A stretch of 61,866 nt of DNA, counting the filler, from Circinaria calcarea (taxonomy: Eukaryota), in the NCBI GenBank assembly GCA_051942165.1. It is 10 parts of 10 records of this genome, joined end to end, with 100 filler letters (N's around TTAATTAATTAA, not from the genome) between each part and the next. Parts side by side here need not be neighbours in the genome. Positions count along the whole stretch, not along the records: positions 37,224 to 43,314 come from JAVECS010001676.1; positions 43,415 to 49,503 come from JAVECS010001677.1; positions 49,604 to 55,686 come from JAVECS010001678.1; 7 more parts are not named here. One strand, 5' to 3'. The notes under the pieces were generated by a model, which worked only from the letters and a program-made list of their open reading frames with translations, was not told the DNA's origin and searched no databases. Below are positions 37,833-51,781 of the stretch, piece by piece. Position 1 is the first letter of the stretch; every line of letters begins with the position of its first letter. Position numbers and translations under genes: made by a program.

Positions 37833-38036
37833 GATACTCCCCCCAAAACTCCCCAATAACAAATTCTTCAACTCGACCCCGCCGCCCACCGCCTTCAAGC
37901 CATCAAGTCATCTGCTTGACACCCTCATCACCCACACCCACACCCACCACAAGCCATCCATCTCCTCTCCATAAACCCCCGGCCTCCAACCACCCTCCCT
38001 TTCGCCGTACCCAACGAACCCCCCACCTCCTCACAA

Positions 38037-38339
38037 ATGCTCCGCCGCCCGCCCACAGCCATAACCCTCAACAACGAAGACATTCTCCGCTACGACGAGC
38101 GCGCCCTCGCGCGCCGCATGGCCGAAAACGCCGCGCACGAGGCGGCAGCAAGCCGAGGGGGTGCTGCCGCGAACCGAGGGCCCGCGGCGAGTTGGGAGGT
38201 CGGTAACTCGTTTCAAGACGCGCTCCAGCAGCAAAGGGAGGCGGCGAAGAAAGTCAAGGATCCGAACGATGAGTTGAGGCCGCTGCCCGGGGATAGCCGG
38301 GGGAGGACGAGGGAGGAGAGGATTGGAGTGGGGAGGTGA
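38037..38339 (+). CDS. CDC26: APC/C subunit Cdc26
   Basis: Characteristic N-terminus MLRRPPTAITLNNEDILRYD; small protein ending TREERIGV. Confidence 0.85.
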   Translation: MLRRPPTAITLNNEDILRYDERALARRMAENAAHEAAASRGGAAANRGPAASWEVGNSFQDALQQQREAAKKVKDPNDELRPLPGDSRGRTREERIGVGR

Positions 38340-39078
38340 TGGGAATGGGAGTGGGAGTGGGAGTCGAGGTTGGAGGGAGGATGTGGTAAGGGTGGAAGGC
38401 CGGAAGGAAGGAGGAGATGGATTTGTTATGGCGAAATGTTGGATGTTTGGAGTTTGGGAGTGTGTATCTTGAGAGTTCAAGATTTGGGTACTTTTCGCCT
38501 GAGAGTGCGCTGGTTAGGTTATATTGGATCGTCAAAGGATTACGGGTACGTGTTTGGCTTTGTTACAGGTACGGAAGAGATTTGGATAGGTGCTTCTCTG
38601 CTTGGGTTCATTTGCTAACGATGCACCAGGCAGTTCGATTGGATAATGTCGATGAAACATAGCAGTACCACACTTGCTATTTTGCAGCAGAAACAGTCAA
38701 CCACAGCACGTGAGGGACTCAGTGAACAATCATACTTGACAAAATCCAATGATCTTGTCACATTATTTCCCTCAATACTATAAGGACCGATACCACCATT
38801 AACCCATTATACCTCCCGAACCCGATATTAAGTGCTCTCTACTAAGAGTCATACAAACGCTTTTCAAACACGCTCAAAACGCCGGAACCGCTATGCTAAT
38901 AAAGGAGTGGGTTGTAACCGCTATGCTAATGATCGTGAATTGCGAGAAGGAAGTGGAAACAGGAGCGTTCAAAGTCTCTCCCAAAGCAACAAGAGTGCCA
39001 TAGCATACATTAAGATATCGATATCAAGCCAAGTCCACGAGCCTCGACGGACATGCAAAGTAACATCGGATTGGTTTA

Positions 39079-39798
39079 TTACACCAAAGCGACGCCAGCA
39101 AAGAGTCCGATGATTAAAACCCCCAGACCATAGGCATGGCCAATGCTTATTGCAAGTGTGCTAGCTGCACTCGTACCCTGGCCACTGCTAGACGCAGACG
39201 TTGTTGGAGCTCCGCCAAAGCCAGTAAACTGGGCCCCATCCGAACTCCCTGCAGTACTTGCAGCTGCCGTAGCAGACATGGTACTGCTAGTGGTGGTAAG
39301 ATTGACTCGCACCGGATCCTGTGCACCACAAGGATTGTTTGTTCGACAGGCACTTGCACAAGCAGAATTTCCCTGACCACAGTTGTTTACGCACTGGTTA
39401 CCGAATTCGGTACACTCGAAGTATGGGATGGTCTGTGAGAATTGGGAAGCGTTTGGTGAGATGCCATTGCTGCAGACACAGGAGAAGGTTAAGTCACTCT
39501 TGTATCTTGTCAGCTGTGGTTCAACAATCTGAGATTGGGTTGACTCACGGCTGTGCAGTCATTGGAAATTGGCTGGCCAGAGGCCCCTGGAACCTGCAGA
39601 CAGATGAGTGGACAAGAAGATTGTTGTCCACTACACCATGTTTCTGACAAGTCAATCAGTACTGTACATGGACGATGTAGATGACGAGGTTGACCTACGT
39701 CTGGTAGCAATGGGAACAGTCTCTGGATTAATGGTTTGACAGGTTGTCAGGCTGGCAAGGGCGGCTAGAACGAAGCCAACGGTGCTGAATGAAGGCAT
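39079..39798 (-). CDS. Cys-rich secreted, probably GPI-anchored protein, 3 exons
   Basis: Signal peptide MPSFSTVGFVLAALASL; SSCPLICLQ, SQTIPYFEC and CASACRTNNPCGAQDP; S/T-rich stalk; hydrophobic C-terminus. Confidence 0.85.
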
Positions 39799-40479
39799 CT
39801 TGAGTATTTGAAGACTTTCTGGATCTATTCAATGTGATCGTTAGCGAATCTTGTCTTGCAAAGGGCCACGGGCAAAGAGAGATTGTGAGAAGGGGCTGGG
39901 GATGCTCTGGTTCGAGGACGGGGGGGAACCAACGGTTTTGATGTCCGTTTGCACAATTCTGCTCAAAGTATCTGACTACGAGAGCAAGCCGGTGTGGTGA
40001 AGAAGAAGAATAAAGCGAAGGTATGTCGTATATTATTACTACCAATAAATCGAACGATTGAATAGAGAAGAAGTATAAGTAGCAGAAGAGAGAGGAGAAA
40101 AAGGACGTGGCTGCCAGTCATGTCGGAGTTATCATAGCTTTGCGTCAAGTCGACTGTGATTGGACGATGATAAGAGATCGGGACTCGGTAAGGGTTCGAG
40201 AGTGGGTTTTAGCGCCCCAGCATGTGCAGTAGCGCCGGAGTAGTTCACCCATAGCGTGGCTCAACGACCAAAGTGGATGCGCTAAGGCATTCTACGGGAG
40301 TATGATACGAAGTAATAGCATCACCGAATTCAGAGGGGACTCCGAAAGGTATAGGGTAAGCCAGTCGAGAATAGTAACCACGATTTGCCTCAGCTCTTCA
40401 ACGCTACCAGGCATTAAGAAACCACCAGTTTACTTCGACAGTAAACCGAATTAGAATATCGCAGAGACCTTCTTCATGG

Positions 40480-41269
40480 ATGGATCCTGCGAGGACGCAA
40501 TCCTCGGATCAATATCGTGATGTCTCCAGCAGAGACGCCCTAACCTCACCTCCTCCGCAAATCATCGTGCCACCATACTGGCAGCATCGGAGGGAACAGT
40601 CGTATGCTTCAGTGGCCAGCAACGGGAAGCCTCCTCCAATCACCTTAGAGGACCACACGGAAGAATCCTTTGATCAAAGCAGTCCCCTCTGGGCCAAAGT
40701 CGTTTCTATCGAGGACCATGTCGTCGTATCGGGCAATATGGCAGGCGTTGGTGATTATGTCGTTTGGATCTGTAAAGTTGATACCCTGGATGTCAGTTTC
40801 TTTTCCTGTTGTCCTTTAGGGATCCGTCTTGCTTGTGAATGTGGACAAGGGTCTGATGGGCTGGGCAGGGCGGTGCCATGATTATTAGGAAACGGTGACA
40901 ATGCTGCATCCCAAAGCACATGTCAAGCAAACTAAGGGCTTTCAGATACTCCGAGTTCGAGAGTCTACGGGACAGGTTGAGGTTAACGTTCCCCAACTCG
41001 AAGGCTGCAATGCCTCCGCTTCCCCCCAAGAGTATTTTCTGTACGATTTCTGCCCGCCCTTCATGTGCTAGTCTCACCCTCACTAATGCTCCGGACAGAT
41101 CGATTTCGCCCAGACTTCCTGGAGAAGAGGAGAGCCGGCCTTGCATATTTTCTGAAGTTGGTCAATCTTCCCGCGATAGCTAGCCTATTGGACTGACGCC
41201 TTCAGCTGTGTACTACTAAATCCAGAATTCTCGGGTTCGCCTGTCTTGAAAGAGTTTATTTTCAATTGA
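40480..41269 (+). CDS. YPT35: PX-domain protein Ypt35-like, 5 exons
   Basis: DYVVW, KRYSEF, PPLPPKS, FLEKRRAGL and VLLNPEF motifs once spliced. Confidence 0.88.
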
Positions 41270-41746
41270 GGATAAATTTTGGTGGTATGGGACGGTTTAG
41301 ACTATTCGGTCGACTTAATGATAATGCAGGGATCGGGGACGTGATATGAGGCACATGGGTGGCTGGCCGGAGAGTGGAGGTTGTGCATATTTTCTTTTAC
41401 ATCTCAATCACCGTCCGCCGTGATTTTGACGGATGAGCTCGAGTTTGGACATCTAAAGACGTTATCCTTAGCCAGGAATGTTCTGAAACCTTTCAAAGTT
41501 GATCACCCTCTCGCAATCTTCCTGCAGTTTCCTCCGTATCACAGTGTAGCTGCCAGACTGTCGGAAGGTGCTGTGATGCCATATTATTCGCCTAGAATAG
41601 CAAAGTGGGAAGGCGGGCAACTCCCAACACAGATTCATCCTTCCACCACTGTTGATTGTACTCTGTAAAATCGCGATAAATTGTCGACGGACAATGCGCG
41701 ACGTCAATGATAGCAGTACGGAATGACAATCCAACTCCCCAGCAAA

Positions 41747-43314
41747 ATGGCTGCTCCTCCGAGCCAGACTCTTCGCTCTTCATCTCGTCGCAATTCGACT
41801 CTCCGTGCATCGTCGCCGGCCATGATCCCCTCATCACCAGCCACATATCTGGGGAAGCGCGCACATGATTCCCTCCTGGCCAATGATTACCCTCAAATAA
41901 CCAAAAAGCAGAAGTTGGGCCGTCAATTGTTTGCACACCCAAAGTCTGCAGCTCGCAATCATGCCGCAAAGGCCTTTGCTGCTGTCGCTGCGAATAGCAC
42001 CGCCCTCCCCAATCCCACGGTGAACCCGGATTTCAGTTCGCGAACCACAAACGCTGTGCAACCACCGGCGAACGGGACCATCACCAGCAACGGCCACGGC
42101 CACGCACATGCTGGCCAAACTTCAAAGTCCACCCAAACGACAAATGGGAAGGGCAAGAAGGAAAGCGAGAAACGCACGTTGCGGTCACAGGACGGAGGCT
42201 CACGAGGGAAAAGCGAGCTTTCGCTTTACTTTCCAAATTACGAGGAGATTATTAGCAACGAGCCCAAAGATACTGGTAAGGCCTAAGCTTCCTCGGTCTC
42301 AATTGATTCCACTGATACCATCCAGACTTCCTCACACCGGCAACCCAAGTCCTCATTGTCGACGAACACCCCAGGCCCTCTACATTACCCTTACTTAACC
42401 CCATCACTTCCATTCCCCATCCCATAACGTCGACTGCCCAGCTTACCACCTGCACTCTCCAGCCCACAACTTCCACACCCTTTCAACCCTTTCCCTCTCC
42501 CACCTCAGACCTCACAACCTTTCAAAAACTAGACTTCACCCTCATCTCCACCGATGGATCCTCCATAGAAACCGACCCCCTCCCCACTTCGCTCTATTTC
42601 AAACCCCACCGTCGCGCCGAGCGTCAGGAAAAACAACTCCGCAACATCGAAAAAGAACGTGCCCAGCACGAAAAGGTCCAGCTCGAGCGCCTCCTCGACG
42701 GTCTCAAAAGCCACGACTGGCTCCGCGTCATGGGCATCAGCGGAATCACCGACAGTGAGCGGAAAGCCTTTGAGCCCAAGCGCGACTTCTTCATCCGCGA
42801 AGTTAGCTCCCTGATTGCCAAGTTCCGCCGCTGGAAAGAAGAAGAGAAGCGGCGCAAAGCTGGCGGCGGCTGGAAAGGTGCCGGGTCTGTTTCTGCATCC
42901 GCAGCTGCGGAAGATGACGACGACGACGAAAACTCCACGCCGACCACGCCCTCCTACCCCAACTCCTTCTCCACTACGACCGACCAAGCCCTCGCCGCGC
43001 GCCAACTCCACCAAGAAGCCTCCTCCATGTCCACGCACCCGCCCAAATCCCACAAAACCCCCCACCACTACCGTCGACAACATCAGGCACCCCTGCACAT
43101 CCCCCCTTCCCTCGACCCCACAGCCCAGCCCTTTACATCTTTTTACAGCAAGCCCTACCAGCGTGAAGCGGCCATTTCCAAGCACCGCCGGGGCCGCACG
43201 AGATTTGCGTTTGGGTGTCCGGTGCCTGAGGTGGCTGAGCGTGAATTTGAGCTGCCGGCTGAGTTGCTGACGGAGGATATGATCCGGGCGAGTCGGAGGC
43301 GGAATCGGAGGGTT
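41747..43314 (+). CDS. SAS4: Sas4-domain protein (SAS acetyltransferase complex), 3' truncated
   Basis: DPL...HRRAERQEKQLRNIEKERAQHEK...DWLRVMGISGI...KFRRWKEEEKRRK. Confidence 0.85.
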
Positions 43315-43414
43315 NNNNNNNNNNNNNNNNNNNNNNNNNNNNNNNNNNNNNNNNNNNNTTAATTAATTAANNNNNNNNNNNNNNNNNNNNNNNNNNNNNN
43401 NNNNNNNNNNNNNN

Positions 43415-44713
43415 AGCCTACACGGTATATCAGCAAAGAGTTGTAAGCCTTCCTGTTGAGAATGCCTGGTAGATTCACTTCTCGACTATATCGCCAGCTA
43501 TGGTGGCGGAGGTGGTAAAACGGGAGTTGGCTTTGGCAACTTTTTCTTGATCCGAGGAAGGAATGTGGCCTGTATGATCATGGTAGGCTGTACGAAGGAC
43601 AAAGTCGGTGGAAAGAGCAAGGTGATTTACCCAGTGAGCATGAGCGGTCAAGGTACTGATGAGGGCCCCAGTGGCCGCGTTCCAAATCTTAACCGTCTTG
43701 TCCTGAGAAGAAGTGTAGATTTTTCCGGTACCACCCCAGCGGACGCATGAGACAGAGCCTTTATGCCCAGAAAGGACGGTTTCAATCCGTTTGGAGACTA
43801 CATCCCATATTCGAACAGTACAGTCCTTGGATGCTGATGCAAGACGAGGTCGACCGGGGGATTGAAGGTGATATGGTTCCCACGCAAGACTGCGGACCCA
43901 TTTGGTGTGACCCTTTGTAAGTTAGAGATAAGTGCTGGATGCATACACGTATGGAATCTACCTTGAGGGCCTGACCGAGGGGTTCTCCGGTTTGAGGATT
44001 CCAAAGACGAACAGTATTATCCATACTGCCTGTAGCTATAGTACTGTTATCGGGCGACCAGCTTACCACTAGTACCCAGCTCGTGTGGCCTTTGAGAGTA
44101 TGAAGGGGAGTGCCTGTGTCACAATCCCATATACGAGCGGTATTATCCCCACAGCCGCTCGCCATGCGGCTGGCTGATGCAGGAGAGAACTGGGTTGCGA
44201 GGATAGCTTCGCCGTGGCCTGGTATTGACGAAGAGCATCGTGACACGGCACGGACTCGGAAAATAGCTTGTGGGGTGTATTGAAGGTTGATGGAATCTTC
44301 AGTAGTTTTAAGACCAGGGAGGAGAAGTGATTGGTAGATGTCACTGGTTATGTCAAGTATGTTGCTTGTAGCATCATTCAATGGAGCCTCTCGTTGATAG
44401 CTGAACCGGTATGGTATTCGTTCAGAAGCGTGCTGCGATTCATGAGTCCAGGTAAAAATATTTCAGACCAGGGACTAAACATACATACGTTTCCTAATAG
44501 AGAGTTGACGAGTAGCTCAAGGTTCTTGACAGTCGCATCTGCTACCGGTATCGATATAGCACCACCAGTGGATTTTCCAGTAGCCTGGTCGAAGAACTGG
44601 ACTCGAACACTTCCAAGGTTATCCGGAATTTCTTTGACATCCTGCTGTTCCCGTGCTCGTTCTGCAATAGCAGTCCTTTGCCGTTTACTAGGGGGTGGGA
44701 TAACGGTTGCCAT
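43415..44713 (-). CDS. RSA4: Ribosome assembly protein Rsa4/Notchless (NLE + WD40), 3' truncated
   Basis: MATVIPPPSKRQR, YTPQAIFRVRAVSRC, GHGEAIL, WD repeats and HAHWVNHLALSTDF. Confidence 0.96.
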
Positions 44714-45039
44714 GGGATTGAGTTGGTAGAAGATCAGAGGTATGTCTTGCTCGGATTATTCAAACCGCCTTCTCTCAATCATAGTACATGGGAAGGAGAA
44801 AGGCAACTTCGGTATCGCAAAAACTAAAACTCCGACAGGGTTTGACGATAATGCAGCCCTACCCGTACCATAGGGGCTCTTGGCGCGCCTCAAATCTTTC
44901 CACCTCAAATCCTACTTCCTCGAGTAATTCGCCATCAGCATGGCATCTTCATGACGAGAGCAGAAGAAAAGATCGAGCCCTGTACCAAAGCTCATGAACC
45001 ACATTCTCCATCACTAACAGCCTTATCAGAGAACTAATC

Positions 45040-48000
45040 ATGGCGCCCAGAACCTCATCAACTTCATACAGCACAGTATCGACATCTTATCCAACATATC
45101 CGGAAGATACAACCACTTATTCTAGACCCTACACTGGCCGTACAAGCAACGGAAGATCTCGTACAAGACCGAGGACTGGTGCTTCGACGCTGACAGCAGG
45201 AGGTAGGGACCAGCAGATTATCTGCGCCATCAGCGAATCTAGAGGCATTTCGTCCACTATCGGTCTTGCATTTGTCAACATCTCTACCACCGAAGCTGTA
45301 CTGTGTCAAATTGTCGATAACCAGACATATGTAAGAACACTACACAAGTTGATGGTCTTTCGACCCACCGAACTTCTTATTGCCTCTACTGCTATTTATC
45401 CAAACAAGTCAATGCTGTATTTGATGATTGAGACCAACATCCCTGAACTTCCGATCACCCCAATTGACAGGAAGTACTGGGGAGAGACTACGGGTGTTGA
45501 GTACATCCAACAATTAGCCTTCAAGGAAGATGTTGAGGCAATCAAGGTAGCTATTGGAGGAAATTACTTTGCCACTTGTTGTCTTGCCGCCGTGTGTAGC
45601 ATTGCGGCCTCTTTCATTTGCATTTATCATCACTAATGAAGATAACCAGGCTCTAAAGTATGTCGAGCTTTCACTTTCAATCTCCTTTACTTTCCATTCT
45701 ATGCGCATCAAGTATGAGCCTTCGGAGGGATCGATGATGATTGACCTTTCTACTATCCATTCCATGGAATTGATACAGAATCTTCAGAATGCAAAGTCCA
45801 AGGATTGTCTATTTGGCTTGCTCGATCATACACTTACTCCCATGGGCTCGAGGCTGTTACGGGCCAACATCCTTCAGCCTTTGACGGAACGGGATGTTCT
45901 AGAGAGACGCTATGATGCGTTGGAGGAGCTGGTAACTAAAGAAGAGATGTACTTTGCTACTCGACAAGGTCTGCAGCTTGTTTGGTCAACCTATCCAGAG
46001 ACTAGCTCCACTAAGGCTAATAATATTGATAGCCTTAAAGGTGTTTCTAGATGTCGATAGGACACTTACAAATGTATGAGGGTACTCGCCCATACTGACT
46101 TTTGTGTACTGATAGCTATAGATTATCATCATCCCTTTGAAGCCTACCATTCAACACTTGGAACAGTCCATCAACAATGTCATCATGCTGAAGCAATATG
46201 TCAAGTCAATTCAGCCAGTCTTCGAAGCACTTGCGAATGCAAGGACTCCGTTGCTCTCGAGCATTCGTGAAGTAACTCTGGTAATTCCCCCTTTTAAATT
46301 CCATCTAATCATCAGTAGTTGTGCGCTCCTGAGATGTTCGTAGACACTCAAACCTTGATTGATGATGCTCTCAATCCGGACATCACCTATTCAAGCAAAC
46401 CGTTGGATCTGCGTAATCAGCGCACCTACACCGTAAAGGTAAGGAACAGAGCATACTTGCAAAGCAGTTTTCTACGTCCGTGCTAAGAAAAGTTGCAGTC
46501 TGGTGTCAATGGTCTACTTGATGTTGCAAGACAAACTTACCTTGAGGCAAACTCGGATGCATATCAACAAACCACAGAACTTGGTCGTATGGAATTCGAA
46601 TCAAAGCATAGCTGCACCCGTACTGACTCACAGTAGAAGCCCATGGGCTTGGTCTCGAACTCAAGTACGATACTGCGAGACAGTATTACATACAGATTAA
46701 AGTATCCGAGCTTGAAAACCGTAACCTACCGGAAGTCTTCATTAACTCATTCAAACGGAAAGGGATGATAGAATGCCAGACGCTAGACCTTGTCAAACTG
46801 AATCAGAAGATTATGGATTCCCATCATGAAGTCTTACAAATGAGCGATCGTCTCATTCAAGGACTGATTGATAAAATTCGCGAAGACGTTGCACCATTGT
46901 TCAGAATCAGCGAGGGCATTGCAATGCTCGACATGATTGCTTCTCTAGCCGAGTTGGTTACAGCACAGGAATACTGTAGGCCAGAGTTAACGGATACTCT
47001 AGCCATCAGGGATGGGAGGCATCCTATACGTGAGAAGATACACACCGAAAAATTTATACCGAATGATACATATGCTACTCAACAGTCCCGGTTTCAGATC
47101 ATCACCGGATGTAACATGAGTGGGAAGAGTACATATATCCGTTCAATTGCTCTTATGCAGGTCATGGCGCAAATCGGGTGTTTTGTCCCAGCCTCTTACG
47201 CTTCTTTTCCCATGTGCCGCGAGCTTTTTGCTCGGGTTTCAATGGATGACAGCATTGAAGCAAATGTGTCGACATTTGCTGCCGAGATGCGTGAAACGGC
47301 ATTCATCTTACGGAACGTCGACAGGCATTCTCTAATCATCATAGACGAGCTTGGCCGCGGGACGAGCACAAGGGACGGCCTTGCTATTGCCATTGCCATT
47401 GCAGAAGCGTTGATCGAGAGTAGAGCACTTGTATGGTTCGTCACTCACTTTCGCGATTTGGCCAAATATATGGCGGAGCGCAGCGGGGTGACCAACCTCC
47501 ATTTGGAAGTCAACATGAGTCAAGAAGATCGAATGATGATGCTCTACAAGGTTTCGACCGGTTACGTTCAGGAACAGCATTATGGAATCGCCATGGCCAA
47601 GGTAGTCACCCTTCCGCAGAGTATATTTGAAGTTGCCGAACAAGTATCCGGCACCATAACACGGATGAGTGAGAGGAAAAATAAGTCCTCGACTGCTGTG
47701 TGGAAGAACCGACAGAAGAAATTGAACGCTGGGCTCGTCGAACAGCTCCGGCAACAAAGGGACAGTGATACTCAGGGAGAGAAGTTGTGGACCTGGTGCC
47801 GCGCATTACAAAAGGAGTTTGTCAGGAGGACAGTGGCCCTGCAGACCGAGGCTAGAACGGTACGGGACGAAGAAATGGCAAGTGAGGACAGTGGGGTTGT
47901 GCAGCAAAGTGATCTGAGTACCGAAAGGGAAGGAACCCTCGAACACAGCGAGATGAGTTCCGAAAAAGAAAGAAGCCTGACTGCGGACTCGACTTTGGCG

Positions 48001-48099
48001 GAAAGCAATCTCCGGCGTAGGAGGAGCCTTTCTACCGATCTCAGTAGTCTCAGAGGAGCAAATGACGGTCGGTACTTTATGAGCGGAGCATTGCAGTAG
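45040..48099 (+). CDS. MSH4: Meiotic MutS homologue 4
   Basis: ICAISESRG, LCQIVDNQTY, TLTPMGSRLLRANILQP, ITGCNMSGKSTY, STFAAEMRE and IIDELGRGTSTRDG. Confidence 0.95.
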
Positions 48100-48659
48100 A
48101 AAGGAGGATTGGGATCGCTGGAGTTTTTGAGGCCGGGCTCTCTCTCTCATTTCGATAGGAAGAGTGTGTCTGGGGTGATTCCCTTCAAACTTGGAATCGC
48201 AATCGCAATTGCAGTAATATAGATAGATCCCCGTTTCTTTCCTCTCCTATCTAGCAATTCGCATAGCTTTTTGGCTATAGCATCAGCTCCAAAAACACAA
48301 TCGAACCACCTTTTCCCTCCAAACAACCTCTAACAGCAAACTAGATCACCCACTCTCCTCTATAAATAAGTTCCCTCTGTTTTGCTATTCTTCCAGGCTC
48401 CCAAAAACCTACAAACTACAGCGAGTATAGCCCCCTTTTTTACTATTCTTCCTTCTTCCAGCCCCAAAAAAGAAAAAGAAGGAACAAAGCTAGCAAGATA
48501 AGCCCGCACCCACACCTACACCCACCCCGCTTCCTCTTCTTCTTTTCGCGGAACTGGGCATCTTAACTAAGCAATCTACTCTACTTCAATCCAGTCTGTG
48601 GTGTTAGAGTGTCAGAGTGTAAGGCGGGGGAGAAGGAGTAAGCGGTTCGAATCGGATAG

Positions 48660-49400
48660 GTTTTCTTTCTTTCTTTCTTTCTGAGCTGGGAGCTGGGAGC
48701 TGGGAGCTGGGAGATGTGAGGTCTGAGTTTACCGTAAATAGTGAACATGAAGGGTTGGGGGATGCCCAAAAGGCCCCAAGGGCCCAGATACAGGGGACTT
48801 TGTACACCGTACACCGTACACCGTACATCGTACAAGACCCCAAAAGGGACCTCTTTTCTGCTTTTTCTAGAGCTGGTGCCTTTGCCGGTGCTTCCTGCTT
48901 CCTGCTTCCCTCGGGATTGTTTTTTCCTTCGAAAGGGTTTTCCTCCAGCTCCAGCTCCAGCGAAAAGTTCAAGATTGATCGACAGACGGGCGGGATAACT
49001 TGTGTTGGAAGTCATAAGGCTTACCGAGCATGTGTTGCTAGGAGGTCCATGCTCAACACTCTCTACACTCCATAAAAGCACTTTTTCGTAGCATAGATAG
49101 TTCCTAAGTTACATACTCAGGTAGCAATGCCACCATACATTCTGCTGCCCAACAACTTGAGTATTGGTACCCGAAAGCATAAAAAACACAGAAACACAAA
49201 ACGTGTGAAAAGCGAAAAATAAAAAAATGGAAATTGAACTCGGAAGGAGGGTTGCATGAGATTGAAGAGGAAGAGAGGAGATGGATGGATGGATGGATGG
49301 AAGGAAGGGAAAAGCTCTCTCTCTCATCGGGACTCTCTCTCTCTCTCTCTCTCTCTTATCGGGACTCTCTCTGTCTCTCTCTCTTATCGGGCAAATAGAC
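48660..49400. repeat. Cluster of simple repeats: (GAGCTGG)4, (TACACCG)3, (CTTCCTG)n, (GGAT)n, (CT)n
   Basis: Directly visible short tandem repeats. Confidence 0.85.
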
Positions 49401-49603
49401 AGATAGATATGCTCATCGCTAAATAGTGCGTTAATATAAAATTCGCTTTGCTTGAAAATAAATAAATAAATAGTGTACTCTATACACAAGCTAAGAATAA
49501 CCCNNNNNNNNNNNNNNNNNNNNNNNNNNNNNNNNNNNNNNNNNNNNTTAATTAATTAANNNNNNNNNNNNNNNNNNNNNNNNNNNNNNNNNNNNNNNNN
49601 NNN

Positions 49604-49790
49604 AAACTTGATATATTTAATAAAATATATAAAGGATTAAGCATGAATTTTATAATATATAGATTTTAAAATTTAATATTATTTAATTAAATTAACGTCT
49701 CGGATATCTATTATTCCGAGCCTATATAATATTAGTTTAATATAACAAAAAACCTGCAGAACCTCCCAATTGACAATACCTTTTAATTCT
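49604..49790. mobile_element. RIP-like AT-rich repeat remnant
   Basis: TpA-rich, low GC, at the contig edge. Confidence 0.55.
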
Positions 49791-50284
49791 ACCTGAGCAC
49801 CTTTTTGCCAAGAATGCGACCCAGTCTGGATTGGGAGAAGTGAAGCGACGATGGGCTATTGTGGAGATTAATCAACGCCGCAACTTTGCAGGTCGTATCC
49901 AGGCGAAGGGTGGGAAGCCATTGAAGGCCTGGGGATTTGATCTTTGGCTCACACCGGCCCTCGCCCGTGCAGTGCCATTCGCGTGCCTGAGTCACGGTTT
50001 CCCGGTTCATGCTGGCTACCACACGGCGACTGAATGGGGGAGCTCTGGGAGCTACCAGGAGAGCAATGCAGTCAGATGGATGGCTTAAGAGTAGCTTCTG
50101 CCCGTCTGTAGTTTACTCTTTATTCTTTCCTTGCGTGCAATCAGAGGCATTCTACTCTCCGTTGCTGTTTCTGGACAGCCAGCTCCTAGCCTCTTTTCTA
50201 CTGTAGCTGTGACCTTTGAGATCTATCAAAGTCCCACTTTCATCGCCATCGCCATCGCCATCGCATCTTGGAACCGGTCCCAAG

Positions 50285-51297
50285 ATGCAATCCGAAACGA
50301 GTCAGGCCCATCCCCATGTGGTTGCAGTCCCCAAGTGGATCCGGTTTGTCCACATCGCCCAGGCTGTCCTCGCCCTCATCGTCCTCGGCCTCGTGTCTTA
50401 CTCCCTGAGCGTCTACAACTCTAGGACTGTTGGGTTTGGGTATGGCATCGATGGCATGTAAACATTCCCCGCTGCTCTGGGTCCGAGCGAGTGACTGCAG
50501 TGCGCTGACGTTCACTTATAGATTGTCAATTCCTGGGGATTCAATATCTTTACTGTCCGTCTCCAATTCGCTCTACTTGGACAGTAACACTAACATCTAA
50601 ATAGGTTCTTTACACATGGATTATCATCGTATACATCGAGTTGACCCCTCGTTTTCTCCCATCCATCTACAACAAGTGGGCCGCATTCGTGCTCGAGGTT
50701 GTTGCGGTCCTCTTCTGGCTCTCCGCGTTCTCTAGTCTTGCCTCCTACATCGTCACCACCATCTTGTTCACCTGTAGCGAGGATAGACTTGGCGGGCTTT
50801 CTAATTGCACACTCGCACCGAGAAACAGTAGCTCCGCCGCCGCTGGCCTAGGAGGCATATTATTGTGAGAGGAATCTTCCTTCTCCACGGATAAATTGGC
50901 ATACTGACCAAGTCGCTCGTTTAGTGTCTTGTTTATCATCACCGCCGTCATCACGGGTCTGCATACCATCCGCCATTATAAAAGCACAAGGACCGCTGGT
51001 CAACAAAACCAAGCGCCCTACACCTGTCAGTCGAAAGAAATGCAGAATGTGACAGGAACGAACAAATCGATGACCGACGGCGCTGGCATCAACGCGCCTG
51101 GTGATGCTCACAACCACTCTACCCATCCTGGTTACACCCAAGGTCCGAATGTCCAAAACCAAGGCACATACAGCCCGCCAGCAAACATGGAAGGCCGATC
51201 TACCTACAATCAGCCACAAGATATGCCCAATCATGCCACGTACCAGCAGCCAAACACGCCATCAAATCCCACTCACTATGCTACAACCGGGGTCTAG
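50285..51297 (+). CDS. MARVEL-like multi-pass membrane protein (exon structure partly uncertain)
   Basis: RFVHIAQAVLALIVLGLVSY, YNKWAAFVLEVVAVLFWLSAF and SAAAGLGGI motifs; Q/P/Y-rich tail. Confidence 0.8.
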
Positions 51298-51781
51298 TAC
51301 ACTTGTCTGTTCTCGCGGTGTCTGGGAAGGAGTGGCGTTTTTGGCAAGGCAGTTTATTATCTCTCTCAACCGGACTGATGACTCAAAATGATATCCCCTC
51401 CTGAATATTGTCTTTGACATGTCATCTCTGTTTGCTTATTGGTCAAAGGACCACGCGATCAATCTAGCGCCATGTACTGTTTTCCAAATCTAGTCATTAA
51501 TACGAGATATGAAACTTGACTGGAAATATAAAGTAGCAATGAGACCCCTGACGCCCTTTCCTTTGATGCTCTTGTGCTAGTAGGGCTACTGTTACCCACT
51601 CAACTTCATGCCCTACCATCATTGCTTAATCCAGCATGTTGTTCCGAGGTAAGAGGTAGGGTATCGATTATGACTCGGAGTCGACGGCGGACTTGAAGCC
51701 GACCTCCCTCTAAAGAGATGACCAAGCGCGCTTCTACGCAACTAAATCCCATGCATCTCGGAGCTTTGGAGTGGATGCCCA

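Noticed and set aside
43914..43962. AAG 3' splice site in RSA4
   Set aside because: Probably real but a known minor acceptor variant, so not notable.
50420..50525. Stwintron in the MARVEL-like gene (the strongest donors are out of phase)
   Set aside because: The implied outer intron would be only about 22 nt; a weak donor or a model error is more likely.
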